Assembly: GCA_963695225.1 (NCBI GenBank) | Contig: OY968762.1 | Coordinates: 512,001 to 576,000, forward strand | Direction of reading: 5' to 3' | DNA: 64,000 nt | From: Vulcanimicrobiota bacterium | GTDB taxonomy: Bacteria > Vulcanimicrobiota > Vulcanimicrobiia > Vulcanimicrobiales > Vulcanimicrobiaceae | Shown: positions 28,192 through 38,249 of the stretch, piece by piece | Layout of the letters: each line of letters opens with the position of its first letter | How positions within the stretch are numbered: the first letter of the stretch is position 1 | Position numbers and translations under genes: made by a program | Notes under the pieces: generated by a model | The model's input: only the letters and a program-made list of their open reading frames with translations | Database searches by the model: none | What the model was told of the DNA's origin: nothing

Positions 28192-29064
28192 TTATGGTTC
28201 TTGGAAAACCGCTTGCTCCCACACTCGGTTCGAGAGATTCGTCTGGACCGTCGTGATGTAGCCGTCGGCCGAGCTCGTGTGCCAGCGGCCGGCGAACCAC
28301 CGGCCGACGCAGCCCCACGCGTCCCCGGCGGCATATTGGCTGCCGCGGTCCACCGTGTTGAGCCAGGTTTCGTACCCTTCGAAACAGGCGCGCCAGATAC
28401 CGTAGGTGAGGTCCGCGTTGAACGCCGTCGAGACCGCGATCCCGGGCCATGCGCTCACCTCGTACGGGTACCGGTTTTGCAGGATGCCCCAACTCTCGGG
28501 ACACTCGGCGGGGTGGTTCGCCGGATCGTCGACGCCGAGACCGTGGCCGGGCGGGCAGCGCGTCGGGTCCGTCCCCCAATCGCCCTGCGCCGTCTGCCGC
28601 CACCAGGATTCCGTGACCGCTTGCGCGCGCGCGACGTCTTCGTCGATCCCCCACTTGCAGGCGGCCCACTGGAGTATCTCGTCGGTGGTCCCGGTGAAAT
28701 TCCCGTCGATCCGGGGAGCGATCGTGCTCCCGGCGCGGGCGTCGTCTCCGCTGAAGAACGAGGCCGGGATGCTCTGGCCGCCTCGCGTCGCGTTCGCGGC
28801 CGCGTTCATCCGCTTGTTCTCGGCGGCCGGGCGGACGGCGGAGGCGCACGCGTCGTCCCCGGGGAGCGTCGAACCCGGGGGAAGCGTCGTGAAGCGCTGC
28901 GGGCTCGAGGGCCCGGTGCTCGGCTGCGCGCTCGGTCCCGGCGCGGGGCTTCCCGTGGGGGCCACAATGGGCGGCGTCCCGGCCCCGCCGGGCGATCCAG
29001 CCGAGCCGCAGCCGGCGCACGCGAGAGCGGCCGCGAGCGAGAGAAAGCGAACGAGCGTACTCAC
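28192..29064 (-). CDS. Lipoprotein with lysozyme/lytic transglycosylase-like domain (tentative)
   Basis: Lipobox-like ACAGC, Pro-rich linker, AQAVTES / WGILQ / FNAD pattern. Confidence 0.6.
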   Translation of the reverse strand: MSTLVRFLSLAAALACAGCGSAGSPGGAGTPPIVAPTGSPAPGPSAQPSTGPSSPQRFTTLPPGSTLPGDDACASAVRPAAENKRMNAAANATRGGQSIPASFFSGDDARAGSTIAPRIDGNFTGTTDEILQWAACKWGIDEDVARAQAVTESWWRQTAQGDWGTDPTRCPPGHGLGVDDPANHPAECPESWGILQNRYPYEVSAWPGIAVSTAFNADLTYGIWRACFEGYETWLNTVDRGSQYAAGDAWGCVGRWFAGRWHTSSADGYITTVQTNLSNRVWEQAVFQEP

Positions 29065-29125
29065 GATGCTGGTATCCTACCCAAACGGGCCGCGGCCGCA
29101 CGGGTCGCGGCCCGAATGTGAGCGC

Positions 29126-29407
29126 CTACACGGTCCGGCCCCGAGCGAACTGCCTTCGCCCTAGCGGGGGCTCCTCGCGACGGACGACATCGTCGACGCG
29201 TGCCCACGCCGGCGGCCGCGCGAGCACGGCCGCGAGGAACATCTCCACCTCGTGCGGCTCGCCTTCGACGTCGATTTCCACGGCGCCGGATTCGCTGAGA
29301 TTGCGCACCGTCCCGGCGACCGCGAAGTTCCAAGCGTGCGCGACGACCGTGTCGCGGAAGCCGACCCCCTGGACGCGCCCGTAGACGGTCGCAACCGTTC
29401 GAACCAT
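29126..29407 (-). CDS. acyP: Acylphosphatase
   Basis: GRVQGVGFR, GTVRN and PPAWARV motifs. Confidence 0.9.
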   Translation of the reverse strand: MVRTVATVYGRVQGVGFRDTVVAHAWNFAVAGTVRNLSESGAVEIDVEGEPHEVEMFLAAVLARPPAWARVDDVVRREEPPLGRRQFARGRTV

Positions 29408-29590
29408 GCGCGGCACTCGGCCGCGCGGCTGCCCGATCCCTGCGCGGCGAGTGCGCGCGCGGCCGCCCCGGCTCCGGCCCGGCGAGGGCGCTCGCGAGTG
29501 CGCCCCGTAAGGAAGCAGCGTGAAACGAGCAGCCCCCGCAACCTGCGCGCACGGCAACGCGCGCTGCGCGCATCTCTGCGCGATGGTGTC

Positions 29591-30202
29591 TTGAGCGTGC
29601 TGGTCTACGCGGCGACGAAGAACCCCGGTAAATTGCGGGAGTTGCGGGCGCTGTTCGCCGGCACGGATTGGGAGATCGACATCTTCCCCGCGTATCGCGA
29701 ACCCCTCGAGGGCGAAACGTCGTATCTCGACAACGCCGAACTGAAGGCGCGGACGCTGCGCGCGCAACTCGTCGCGGCGGGGCGCCCGGATGCGGCCGCG
29801 CTTGGCGACGATTCGGGGATCGAAGTGACGGCCCTCGGCCGCCGGCCGGGCGTCCTCTCCGCACGCTACGGCGGCGAGAGTGCGAACTGGGCCGCGCGCC
29901 GCGCGCTCCTGATCGCCGAGCTGGACGCGAGCGGCAGCGCGGACCGCAGTGCCCGCTTCGTCTGCGCGCTGCATCTCGTCGGCCCCGATGGTCGCGAAGA
30001 TCGGGTCGAGCGCGACGTCGAAGGCACGATCGTCGCCCGCGAGCGCGGCCTCGCGGGATTCTCGTACGATCCGATCTTCGAGTACGCCCCGCTCGGCAAG
30101 ACGTTCGCCGAACTAAGCGAGGCGGAAAAGAATGCGCACAGCCATCGCGGCCGTGCCTGCCGAGACCTCTACGCAGCGGTCAGCGCCCGGCGGACGCCCT
30201 GA
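29591..30202 (+). CDS. rdgB: Non-canonical purine NTP pyrophosphatase (Ham1/RdgB)
   Basis: ATKNPGK, NAELKA, DDSGI, PGVLSARY, FSYDPIF and KNAHSHR motifs. Confidence 0.93.
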   Translation: MSVLVYAATKNPGKLRELRALFAGTDWEIDIFPAYREPLEGETSYLDNAELKARTLRAQLVAAGRPDAAALGDDSGIEVTALGRRPGVLSARYGGESANWAARRALLIAELDASGSADRSARFVCALHLVGPDGREDRVERDVEGTIVARERGLAGFSYDPIFEYAPLGKTFAELSEAEKNAHSHRGRACRDLYAAVSARRTP

Positions 30203-30290
30203 GGTCGCCGAAGGGTGATCCCGTCAAACGATGAGTCCGATCCCAACGCGCCGAGGGCGGCAATCAGAGCGTCGAGAACCTACGGCCGAG

Positions 30291-30364
<74 letters not shown>

Positions 30365-30408
30365 TTGCGTTTTCGTTCCGGCGCCGTTCGAATCGCCGAA
30401 CACCGAAG

Positions 30409-31170
30409 CTAGATGCGCACGATGCGCTCCCGCAATGCCGCGCCGTCCCACTGCAGCAGGCGAAACGCCGCGCGTTCGAAGGCGATGCGGGGAATCCCGG
30501 CCCCGGCGCCCGCGATCGGCACGAACTGATCGCTCGTGCTTGGGCACGAGCTGACGAGCGTCGTTCCCCAGCGCCGCGCGCGGACGCAGTGAAGGTGCCC
30601 GCAGATGACGCGGACTACGTGCGGGTTCCGTTCGATTGCGGCGCGCAGAGCCTCCGCGCCGGCGAACGGGAACCAATCGAGCGGAAGGATGCCCGCCGCG
30701 AAAGGGGCCTGATGGAGCATCAGGAGCGTCGGACGGCGGTCCGCGGCGAGCGTGCGCTCGAGCCAGTCGCTGCGCGCCTCGTCGAAGCGTCCGCCGCTGA
30801 CGCCCGGCTCCGTCGAATCGAGCGCGACGAGGCGCAGCGCAAAGCGTTCCTCGACGTAGCAGAGCGGCCCGTTCGGCGGCATCCCGCGCAGATCCGCGAA
30901 CGCGCTGCGAAACGTTTCGCGCACGTCGTGATTGCCGGGGATGACGAGGTACGGCATGCGTAGCGGCGCAATCAGATTGCGAAAAAGTGCGTATTCGGCG
31001 GGACGCCCCCGCTCCGTAAGATCCCCCGTGAACACGACGACGTCCGGGGCCGGGTCGAGCCGGCTCACGCGATCGACGCACCGAGCGAGCGCTCCGGCCG
31101 TGTCGAACGAGGGAAACGCGTGGCCCCGCGAGGCCCGGATGTGGGAATCGCTGAGCTGGGCGATCAGCAT
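30409..31170 (-). CDS. Metallophosphoesterase (CpdA/GpdQ-like phosphodiesterase)
   Basis: SDSH, TGDL, PGNHD and CGHLH motifs. Confidence 0.9.
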   Translation of the reverse strand: MLIAQLSDSHIRASRGHAFPSFDTAGALARCVDRVSRLDPAPDVVVFTGDLTERGRPAEYALFRNLIAPLRMPYLVIPGNHDVRETFRSAFADLRGMPPNGPLCYVEERFALRLVALDSTEPGVSGGRFDEARSDWLERTLAADRRPTLLMLHQAPFAAGILPLDWFPFAGAEALRAAIERNPHVVRVICGHLHCVRARRWGTTLVSSCPSTSDQFVPIAGAGAGIPRIAFERAAFRLLQWDGAALRERIVRI

Positions 31171-31229
31171 GGCGAACGAGGTGAGGCGAGGACGCGTTTC
31201 GTACGATGGAGCGAGAGCCGTCCCCCGCT

Positions 31230-31305
<76 letters not shown>

Positions 31306-31460
31306 GTTTGCCTGCTTCGCAGCGGCCTGCAGCATGGCGGTCACGCCGGCGGCGCGGGGGCTTGGGCGGACGGTTTCCGGACGCTCTCGCTGCTATGCTC
31401 GCCTTCGAGAACGGCGGACAGGTCCGCGCTTCCCTGCGTGCGTATACAGGGAGCGTCCGC

Positions 31461-31538
31461 GGTGATTGTAGCTCAGTTGGTTAGAGCGCTGGACTGTGAC
31501 TCCGGAGGTCGCGGGTTCGAGCCCCGTCAATCACCCCA
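31461..31538 (+). tRNA. tRNA-His(GTG)
   Basis: G-1, anticodon GTG, C discriminator, CCA. Confidence 0.96.
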
Positions 31539-31595
31539 AGAATTCCCGCGCCCCGTTCTTGCATCGCCATTCTTTCGAGGAGAGATCACTCACTC

Positions 31596-32573
31596 ATGAA
31601 GCGTTTGCTCACGGCAGGTGTTTGTTGTAGCGCGATTGCGGCGATCGTCGCCGCCGGTCTTGTCGCCCCGGCGCCCGCGGCGACGAGCGGGCTCGCCTTC
31701 GATTCTGTCTCGCGCTTGGGCGGGAACGGAGCCGATACGGCCGAGCCGGGTACGTTCGAAGCCGATTTCGAGCAAGCGTCGAAACCCCGGGAAGCATCGC
31801 ACATCAAGGGGCCGTTCGCGGGCATGATGAACGCGGCAATGGACAGGGCGGGTGCCCCAATGGCGATGATGCAGAGCGGCATTGCGGAACGGCACTACTA
31901 CGCCGGCGCCCTCGAACGCACCGACGATATTGCGGGGCGGACGGCGACGATCACCGACTGCGCGGCGCGCACGATCACGACGCTCAATCTCGCGAAGAAG
32001 ACGTATCGCGTCGTGTCGATGGACCAGCCGACCACATACGCCCCGTCGTCGAGCGGCCCCGCGCAGCCGCGCGCCACGCCGACGGATGACGGGACGAGGG
32101 TCTCGATGGTCGTGAAGACGACGTCGCTCGGCCCGAAGAAGATCGGCCCCGATCCGACGAACGGCTACAACCTCGACCTCAAGATGACCTCGACGAAGCG
32201 GAACGGCGAATCGGAGACAAACGAGATGTCGATGACGTCGTACTACTCGAATTACCCGAGCCAAGGGCTGGTCTGCTCTCACTCCGGCGGCGCTGCTGCG
32301 CCGGGACCTGCCGGCAACTTTGCGAGCATCGCCGGCACGGTTTCGCGCGCACTGACGGCGGGCGGGCAGGATAGCCGCTTCAAAGTCTCGTCATCGGGGC
32401 CGCCGATCCCGTCAGGCAAACTCTCGCTCTTCGACCGGATGGTTCCCAAGGCGCAGGGCGGCGCGGGAGCAAGCGGCGGGTTCGGCATGCTGACGGAACG
32501 CGGACACGTTCGCGGCATCACGGACGCAGATCCCGCGTTCAGCGTTCCGCCGGATTTCACGAAGGAACGATAG
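31596..32573 (+). CDS. Hypothetical secreted protein
   Basis: Signal peptide, SD GAGGAG, beta-rich, ends FSVPPDFTKER. Confidence 0.75.
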   Translation: MKRLLTAGVCCSAIAAIVAAGLVAPAPAATSGLAFDSVSRLGGNGADTAEPGTFEADFEQASKPREASHIKGPFAGMMNAAMDRAGAPMAMMQSGIAERHYYAGALERTDDIAGRTATITDCAARTITTLNLAKKTYRVVSMDQPTTYAPSSSGPAQPRATPTDDGTRVSMVVKTTSLGPKKIGPDPTNGYNLDLKMTSTKRNGESETNEMSMTSYYSNYPSQGLVCSHSGGAAAPGPAGNFASIAGTVSRALTAGGQDSRFKVSSSGPPIPSGKLSLFDRMVPKAQGGAGASGGFGMLTERGHVRGITDADPAFSVPPDFTKER

Positions 32574-32581
32574 CCCGCGGG

Positions 32582-32764
32582 CTAAGAGCCGCCCCCGAAC
32601 CAGAAATGGACCGCCCAGACGATCTCGCAGAACAGCGCGACGGCCGCGATCACGATTGCCCATTTGAACCAGCCGGGGATCGTGATCGCCTTCCCCGGTT
32701 TCGTGCGCACGTCTCCGGCGCTCGAGAGGCTCTCGCCCGGCGCCGGATCCTTGAATTCCGTCAT
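32582..32764 (-). CDS. Small single-pass membrane protein
   Basis: C-terminal TM WAIVIAAVALFCEIVWAVHFWF; TACGAT 7 nt before the ATG at 32764; start could be 32773. Confidence 0.55.
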   Translation of the reverse strand: MTEFKDPAPGESLSSAGDVRTKPGKAITIPGWFKWAIVIAAVALFCEIVWAVHFWFGGGS

Positions 32765-32860
32765 CGAGACCATCGTAGCGAGTGAGCCCGCCGTTCGTCT
32801 AGTGGACGGCACTCACGCCGGCGCCGCGGGCATCTTTGCCGCAGCGCGCCGCGCAGAAGG

Positions 32861-32887
32861 AACGAAAAACGGCCCGCGAGAGGCCGT
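32861..32887 (-). terminator. Rho-independent terminator after tRNA-Lys(TTT)
   Basis: Minus strand ACGGCC-loop-GGCCGT followed by TTTTCGTT. Confidence 0.7.
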
Positions 32888-32913
32888 CGTCCAAGGGGAT
32901 CGGGTATCCGGTA

Positions 32914-32986
32914 TGCGCCCTCTGGGACTCGAACCCAGAACCAGCGGATTAAAAGTCCGATGCTCTACCGATTGAGCTAAAGGCGC
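32914..32986 (-). tRNA. tRNA-Lys(TTT)
   Basis: Minus-strand cloverleaf with anticodon loop CT TTT AA. Confidence 0.95.
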
Positions 32987-33279
32987 GCCGCCCGGGTTTT
33001 TTGCACGTTTCTCAACGGAACCCTACGTCGCGGTTCCGTCCGCGCGCGTTCCGGCACCTCATCGTTCACCGTCACTCGCAGCGGGTAGCCTGCGCACACC
33101 ATACGATCGTGACGGCAAACCCGTCGATCTCGCTTGCAGGTTTCGGCGGCCGCCGCCGGTCCGCCCGCGCCGTGAGCTGCCGCAGGCGCGGCCGGGCGAG
33201 CCCGCCGCGGCCGAAACCGAGCCGCCGCACCCCTCCGAACAGCGCGCGAAGCAAGCTAGGATTCCCCGCGTTTTCGGGG

Positions 33280-33285
33280 TATAAT
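33280..33285 (+). promoter_or_regulatory. -10 box TATAAT upstream of tRNA-Lys(CTT)
   Basis: Perfect hexamer about 30 nt before the tRNA. Confidence 0.6.
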
Positions 33286-33314
33286 GGCGGACGGTCTGGG
33301 CACGATCGGAATAG

Positions 33315-33389
<75 letters not shown>

Positions 33390-33397
33390 AATGTCGA

Positions 33398-33426
33398 AAG
33401 ACCTCCGGATCGCATCCGGGGGTCTT
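33398..33426 (+). terminator. Terminator-like hairpin after tRNA-Lys(CTT)
   Basis: AAGACCTCCGGAT-CGC-ATCCGGGGGTCTT. Confidence 0.6.
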
Positions 33427-33487
33427 CCCATTCTCGGCCGCAAGCGCCGCCCGGCGCGCTCGCGCGTGCGGAGCAGGGGGCTCGACC

Positions 33488-33517
33488 TTGACGGGCGGAA
33501 TCTCGAAGCGGTATAGT
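33488..33517 (+). promoter_or_regulatory. Sigma70 promoter TTGACG-N18-TATAGT for tRNA-Leu/Gly-tig
   Basis: Near-consensus hexamers 12 nt before tRNA-Leu. Confidence 0.75.
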
Positions 33518-33529
33518 TCTCCGGTTCTC

Positions 33530-33614
<85 letters not shown>

Positions 33615-33638
33615 ATCGCCTACGAATCGGACGTTTTT

Positions 33639-33713
33639 GCGGAAGTAGCTCAGTGGTAGAGCATCGCCTTGCCAAGGCGAGGGTCGCGAGTTCGAATCTC
33701 GTCTTCCGCTCCA
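33639..33713 (+). tRNA. tRNA-Gly(GCC)
   Basis: Anticodon loop TT GCC AA; TCCA end. Confidence 0.97.
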
Positions 33714-33735
33714 TTCATTTCCAGCGGGGAATCCC

Positions 33736-35067
33736 TTGACCGCAACGACGCTCAAACGCCTCGACCCGACGCAAGTCGAACTCGAGATCTCCATCACCGC
33801 CGCCGAGTTCGCCGCCGCGCAGGAACGGGCGTTTCGCAGCCTCGTGAAGACCTCGCGCATCCCCGGCTTCCGCCCCGGCAAAGCGCCGCGCCGGGTCTTC
33901 GAAGCAACGTACGGCTCCGCGATGATCGCGGAGCGTGCCATGGACGACATCGTCCCCGCCGCTTACTCCGAGGCGCTCAAGGAGCACGATCTCGAGCCGA
34001 TCGAGCGCCCCAAGATGGAGCTCCTGCCCGAGGAGCCGGAGCATCCGCTCCGCGTGAAGGCGACGGTCAGCGTGCGCCCGGCGATCGAGCTCAAAGAGTA
34101 CAAGGGCGTTGCGTTGACGAGCCCGCCGACGGCGGTCCCCGAGAGCGAGATCGAGCGCAGCCTCGAAGCGCTGCGCCTCGAATCCGCGACGCTTACCCCG
34201 GTCGACCGCGCCGTCGCGATCGGCGACATCGCGACGATCGACTATGCGGGAACGATTGACGGCGTCCCATTCGAAGGCGGCTCCGCAACGAATCAACCGA
34301 CCGAGATCCTCGAAGAACGCTTCATCCCGGGCTTCGCGAGCGGCATCGCCGGCATGAAGGCGGGCGAAACGAAGGATGTCGAGGCGCACTTCCCGGCCGA
34401 CTACTCGAACGCCGATCTCGCCGGGAAGACGGCGGTCTTCCACGTGACCGTTCACGACGTGAAGGAACGCGAACTCCCCGACCTCGACGATGCGTTCGCG
34501 CAACGCTTCCGCGAAGGTGCGACGGTCGCCGACCTGCGCGCGGACATCCGCGCTCGCCTCGAAGCGAATGCGAAGAGTCGCGCCCGCCGGCTCATGACGG
34601 CTCCGCTGATGGAAACGCTCCTCGCGGCGCACGACATTCCTGCGCCGTCGATCCTCGTCGAACGCGAAGCCGCGTCGCTCCTAGACGAAGCTCGCGGCTA
34701 CGCTCGGCAAGCCGACGTTTCTTGGGAGGCGTACCTATCCGGCCAGGGCACGACGGAAGATGAACTGGCCGCGCAGTATCGCAGCGAGGCGGAACGCCGC
34801 GTGCGCTCGACGCTGTTGCTGGAAGCGATCGCAAGAGTCGAGGGGATCGAGGCGACGAATGCCGATCTCGACAACGAACTCTCGATCATGAGCCGCCAGT
34901 ACGGCCAATCCAAGGAAGCGATCTTCGAGATGCTCCGTCCGAACCTCGGCACGCTTGCCGACGGGATCCTGCGGAGCAAGACGATCGAGTTCTTGCTGGA
35001 AAACGCGAGCGTGACGGAGACGGCATCAGAAACTTCCCAGGCCGCAGCCGAGTCAAGTACACTGTAG
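33736..35067 (+). CDS. tig: Trigger factor
   Basis: IPGFRPGKAP ribosome-binding motif, FKBP domain (FIPGF); upstream of clpP. Confidence 0.95.
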   Translation: MTATTLKRLDPTQVELEISITAAEFAAAQERAFRSLVKTSRIPGFRPGKAPRRVFEATYGSAMIAERAMDDIVPAAYSEALKEHDLEPIERPKMELLPEEPEHPLRVKATVSVRPAIELKEYKGVALTSPPTAVPESEIERSLEALRLESATLTPVDRAVAIGDIATIDYAGTIDGVPFEGGSATNQPTEILEERFIPGFASGIAGMKAGETKDVEAHFPADYSNADLAGKTAVFHVTVHDVKERELPDLDDAFAQRFREGATVADLRADIRARLEANAKSRARRLMTAPLMETLLAAHDIPAPSILVEREAASLLDEARGYARQADVSWEAYLSGQGTTEDELAAQYRSEAERRVRSTLLLEAIARVEGIEATNADLDNELSIMSRQYGQSKEAIFEMLRPNLGTLADGILRSKTIEFLLENASVTETASETSQAAAESSTL

Positions 35068-35084
35068 TCCTAGGAGGTTGATCG

Positions 35085-35699
35085 ATGGGCCACCTTGTCC
35101 CGATGGTCGTGGAACAGAGCGCGCGCGGAGAACGAGCGTTCGACATCTATTCGCGCTTGCTCAAGGAACGGATCATCTTCGTGGGCGGGCCGATCGACGA
35201 CCAGCTCGCGAACCTGGTGATCGCGCAGCTCCTGTTCCTGGAGCGCGAAGACGCCGACAAAGACATCGACATGTACATCAATAGCCCGGGCGGGAGCGTG
35301 ACGGCGGGGCTGGCGATCTACGACACGATGCAGTTGGTCAAGCCCGACGTGGCGACGATCTGCGCCGGGATGGCAGCATCGATGGGGTCGATCCTGTTGA
35401 CCGGCGGCGCACCGGGGAAGCGGTTCGCGCTCCCCTACGCGAAGATTCTGATCCACCAGCCGTGGGTCTCCCAGGTGGGGGGTCAAGCGACCGATATAGA
35501 AATCCACGCCCGGGACCTGATCGCGACCCGCCGTTCGCTCGCCGGCATCTACGAGCAGACGACGAAGAAGCCGATCGAAGACATCCTCAAGGACATCGAA
35601 CGCGACTACTACATGACGGCGCTCGAGGCGAAGGAATACGGCTTGGTCGACCATATCTTCAGCAAGGAGATGCGGGCCGGCCAGAGCGCTTTGACCTAG
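35085..35699 (+). CDS. clpP: ATP-dependent Clp protease proteolytic subunit
   Basis: [23 protein letters not shown] and IHQP motifs; SD AGGAGG. Confidence 0.97.
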   Translation: MGHLVPMVVEQSARGERAFDIYSRLLKERIIFVGGPIDDQLANLVIAQLLFLEREDADKDIDMYINSPGGSVTAGLAIYDTMQLVKPDVATICAGMAASMGSILLTGGAPGKRFALPYAKILIHQPWVSQVGGQATDIEIHARDLIATRRSLAGIYEQTTKKPIEDILKDIERDYYMTALEAKEYGLVDHIFSKEMRAGQSALT

Positions 35700-35751
35700 A
35701 AATGCGCGATCCGAATGAGGTGACCCCAATGCATCGCAAGGCGCTCGTCTA

Positions 35752-37011
35752 GTGTTCCGCTTCGGGGACGAAAAAGGGCAACTCAAGTGCAGCTTCTGCG
35801 GCAAATCGCAGGAGCAGGTTCGGAAGTTGATCGCCGGTCCCGGCGTCTACATTTGCGACGAGTGCATCGAACTTTGCAATGAGATCATCGAGGAAGAGCT
35901 TTACAAGAATTCCGACGAGAGCGTCCGGCTGAGGAACATCCCCAAGCCGAAAGAAATCAACGCGATCCTCAACCAGTACGTGATCGGCCAGGAACGCGCG
36001 AAGAAGTCGCTCGCGGTCGCCGTCTACAATCACTACAAGCGCGTCAACATGAGCGGCGTCGGCGACGACGTCGAGTTGCAGAAGTCGAACATCCTGCTCG
36101 TCGGCCCTACCGGCAGCGGCAAGACGTATCTCGCGCAGACGCTGGCGAAGATCCTCGACGTCCCCCTCGCGATGGCCGATGCCACCTCGCTGACGGAGGC
36201 CGGCTACGTCGGCGAAGACGTCGAGAACATCCTCCTCAAGCTGATCCAAGCGGCGGATTACGACGTCAAGCGCGCGGAGAAGGGCATCGTCTACATCGAC
36301 GAGATCGACAAGATCGCCCGCAAGAGCGAGAATCCCTCGATCACGCGAGACGTCTCCGGCGAAGGCGTGCAGCAAGCCCTGCTCAAGATCCTGGAAGGAA
36401 CGACGGCCAACGTCCCGCCGCAGGGCGGCCGCAAGCATCCGCATCAGGAATTCATTCAGATCGACACGACGAACGTGCTGTTCATCTGCGGCGGCGCGTT
36501 CGACGGGCTGGAGAAGATCATCGAGTCGCGCGTCGCCTCGAATTCGCTCGGCTTCCGCTCGATGCCGGAATCGAAGAAGGCGCAGAAGGTCGGCCGGCTC
36601 CTGCAGCAGTTGATGCCGGAGGACCTGCTCAAGTTCGGTTTGATCCCCGAGTTCATCGGACGCCTTCCGATCGTCGTCACGCTCGACGCGCTCGACGAAC
36701 TCGCGCTGCGGCGCATCCTCGTCGAACCGCGCAACGCGCTCGTGCGTCAATTCCAAAAGATCATCAGTCTCGACGGCGTCGACCTCACCTTCACGAAGGA
36801 AGCGCTGATCGCGATCGCGATCAAGGCGCAGGGGCGCAAGACGGGGGCCCGCGGTCTGCGTTCGATCCTCGAAGAAGTGATGCTCGACGTCATGTACGAC
36901 CTTCCGTCGCTCCAAGGCGTCAAGAAGTGCGTCATCAACAAGGAAGTCATCGAGAAGAAGGAGCAGCCGACGCTGGTCTACGCCGACCGGCCGAAGGACC
37001 TGCCCGCCTAG
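35752..37011 (+). CDS. clpX: Clp protease ATP-binding subunit
   Basis: CSFCGK zinc domain, [19 protein letters not shown] loop and GARGLR. Confidence 0.98.
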   Translation: MFRFGDEKGQLKCSFCGKSQEQVRKLIAGPGVYICDECIELCNEIIEEELYKNSDESVRLRNIPKPKEINAILNQYVIGQERAKKSLAVAVYNHYKRVNMSGVGDDVELQKSNILLVGPTGSGKTYLAQTLAKILDVPLAMADATSLTEAGYVGEDVENILLKLIQAADYDVKRAEKGIVYIDEIDKIARKSENPSITRDVSGEGVQQALLKILEGTTANVPPQGGRKHPHQEFIQIDTTNVLFICGGAFDGLEKIIESRVASNSLGFRSMPESKKAQKVGRLLQQLMPEDLLKFGLIPEFIGRLPIVVTLDALDELALRRILVEPRNALVRQFQKIISLDGVDLTFTKEALIAIAIKAQGRKTGARGLRSILEEVMLDVMYDLPSLQGVKKCVINKEVIEKKEQPTLVYADRPKDLPA

Positions 37012-37084
37012 CCTCGGGCAACCCCCGGCTTGGGGACGTCGTCCAATTGGGTACATCCTCCCATACTGAGAAAGGAGGAGACTC

Positions 37085-37657
37085 GTGAACGACCTCTACG
37101 AGCGGATCTCCAGAAACTGGTGGCTCTTTCTCGTCCGCGGCATCGCCGCGATCGCGCTGTCGATCTTGACCTTCGCCTGGCCCGGGATCGCGATCGGCGT
37201 CCTCGTCGTGCTGTTCGGTGCCTACGCGCTGGTCGATGGTTTGCTTGCTTTGGGATTCGCGGTTCGGTGCGCGGCCCGGCACGAGCGCTGGATCGGGCTG
37301 CTGCTGGAGGGCGTCCTCGGAGTTCTGGTGGCGATCGTGGTCTTCGTGCTCCCCGGCGCGGCCGCACTCAGCTTCCTGCTGATCGTCGCGTTCTGGGCGA
37401 TCGCGACCGGCGTGTTCGAAATCTTCGCCGCGGTGCGCCTGCGCCGTGAGATCGAAGGCGAATTCTGGCTCGGCCTCGCGGGCGTACTGTCGATCGCGAT
37501 CGGCATCTGGTTCCTGGCGGAGCCGGGGCTCGGCCTGATCGCGACCGTCTTTACGATCGCCGGCTACGAGTTGCTGTTCGGCCTGATGCTGATCGGGCTC
37601 GCGTTTCGCGCGCGCGGCCTGCGCCGCGGCAGCCTGACGCTCGCCCAGAAGCTCTAG
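37085..37657 (+). CDS. HdeD/DUF308 family membrane protein
   Basis: WWLFLVRG and LFGAYALVDG, about six TM segments; SD AAAGGAGG. Confidence 0.88.
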   Translation: MNDLYERISRNWWLFLVRGIAAIALSILTFAWPGIAIGVLVVLFGAYALVDGLLALGFAVRCAARHERWIGLLLEGVLGVLVAIVVFVLPGAAALSFLLIVAFWAIATGVFEIFAAVRLRREIEGEFWLGLAGVLSIAIGIWFLAEPGLGLIATVFTIAGYELLFGLMLIGLAFRARGLRRGSLTLAQKL

Positions 37658-37658
37658 C

Positions 37659-38195
37659 CTAGGGGCGGCGCCGTTCGATCTCCTCGGCGAGCGAGCCGGC
37701 CGCGCTTTGCGCGTATGCCCTGGCGAAATCGGCGAGCATGCGGCCCGTCGCGCCCCAGACGTGGATGTCCCGATAGTCGAAGATCCAGCTCGTCACGTCG
37801 CCCTCCGGAAGCCGCTCGAGCCCCATGTGGACGGCACCGGGCGCGACGAGGGCCTGCAACGGGACGAGGTGGAGCGCCGCCGTTTCGGAACCGTCGAGCC
37901 GCGCATCGAGCGGCGGGGCGATCAACCCGACGAACGGCGTCACGCGAGCGCTCCGGTTCACCACCTCGACGTCGGCAAGCTGGGCGACGATCTCGATTCG
38001 CGCGGGCGCGATCCCTAGTTCCTCCTCGAGCTCGCGGAGCGCGGTCGCCCGCAGGTCGGCGTCGCCCGCCTCGATGAGCCCGCCCGGAAAGGCGATCTGT
38101 CCCGGGTTGCGACGCAGATGGCCGGCACGGCGCACGAACGCGACGAGCGGTTCCGGCTCGAGCACGATCGGAATGACGACGGCCGCGCGCAGCAT
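37659..38195 (-). CDS. Nudix CoA pyrophosphatase (NudL-like)
   Basis: AAVV, GQIAFPGG, ALRELEEELG and VWGATG motifs. Confidence 0.9.
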   Translation of the reverse strand: MLRAAVVIPIVLEPEPLVAFVRRAGHLRRNPGQIAFPGGLIEAGDADLRATALRELEEELGIAPARIEIVAQLADVEVVNRSARVTPFVGLIAPPLDARLDGSETAALHLVPLQALVAPGAVHMGLERLPEGDVTSWIFDYRDIHVWGATGRMLADFARAYAQSAAGSLAEEIERRRP

Positions 38196-38249
38196 GCCGT
38201 GCGATTCGGGCGAAGGCTCGGCGAAGCCCGCGCGGCGAACCTCGCGGCG

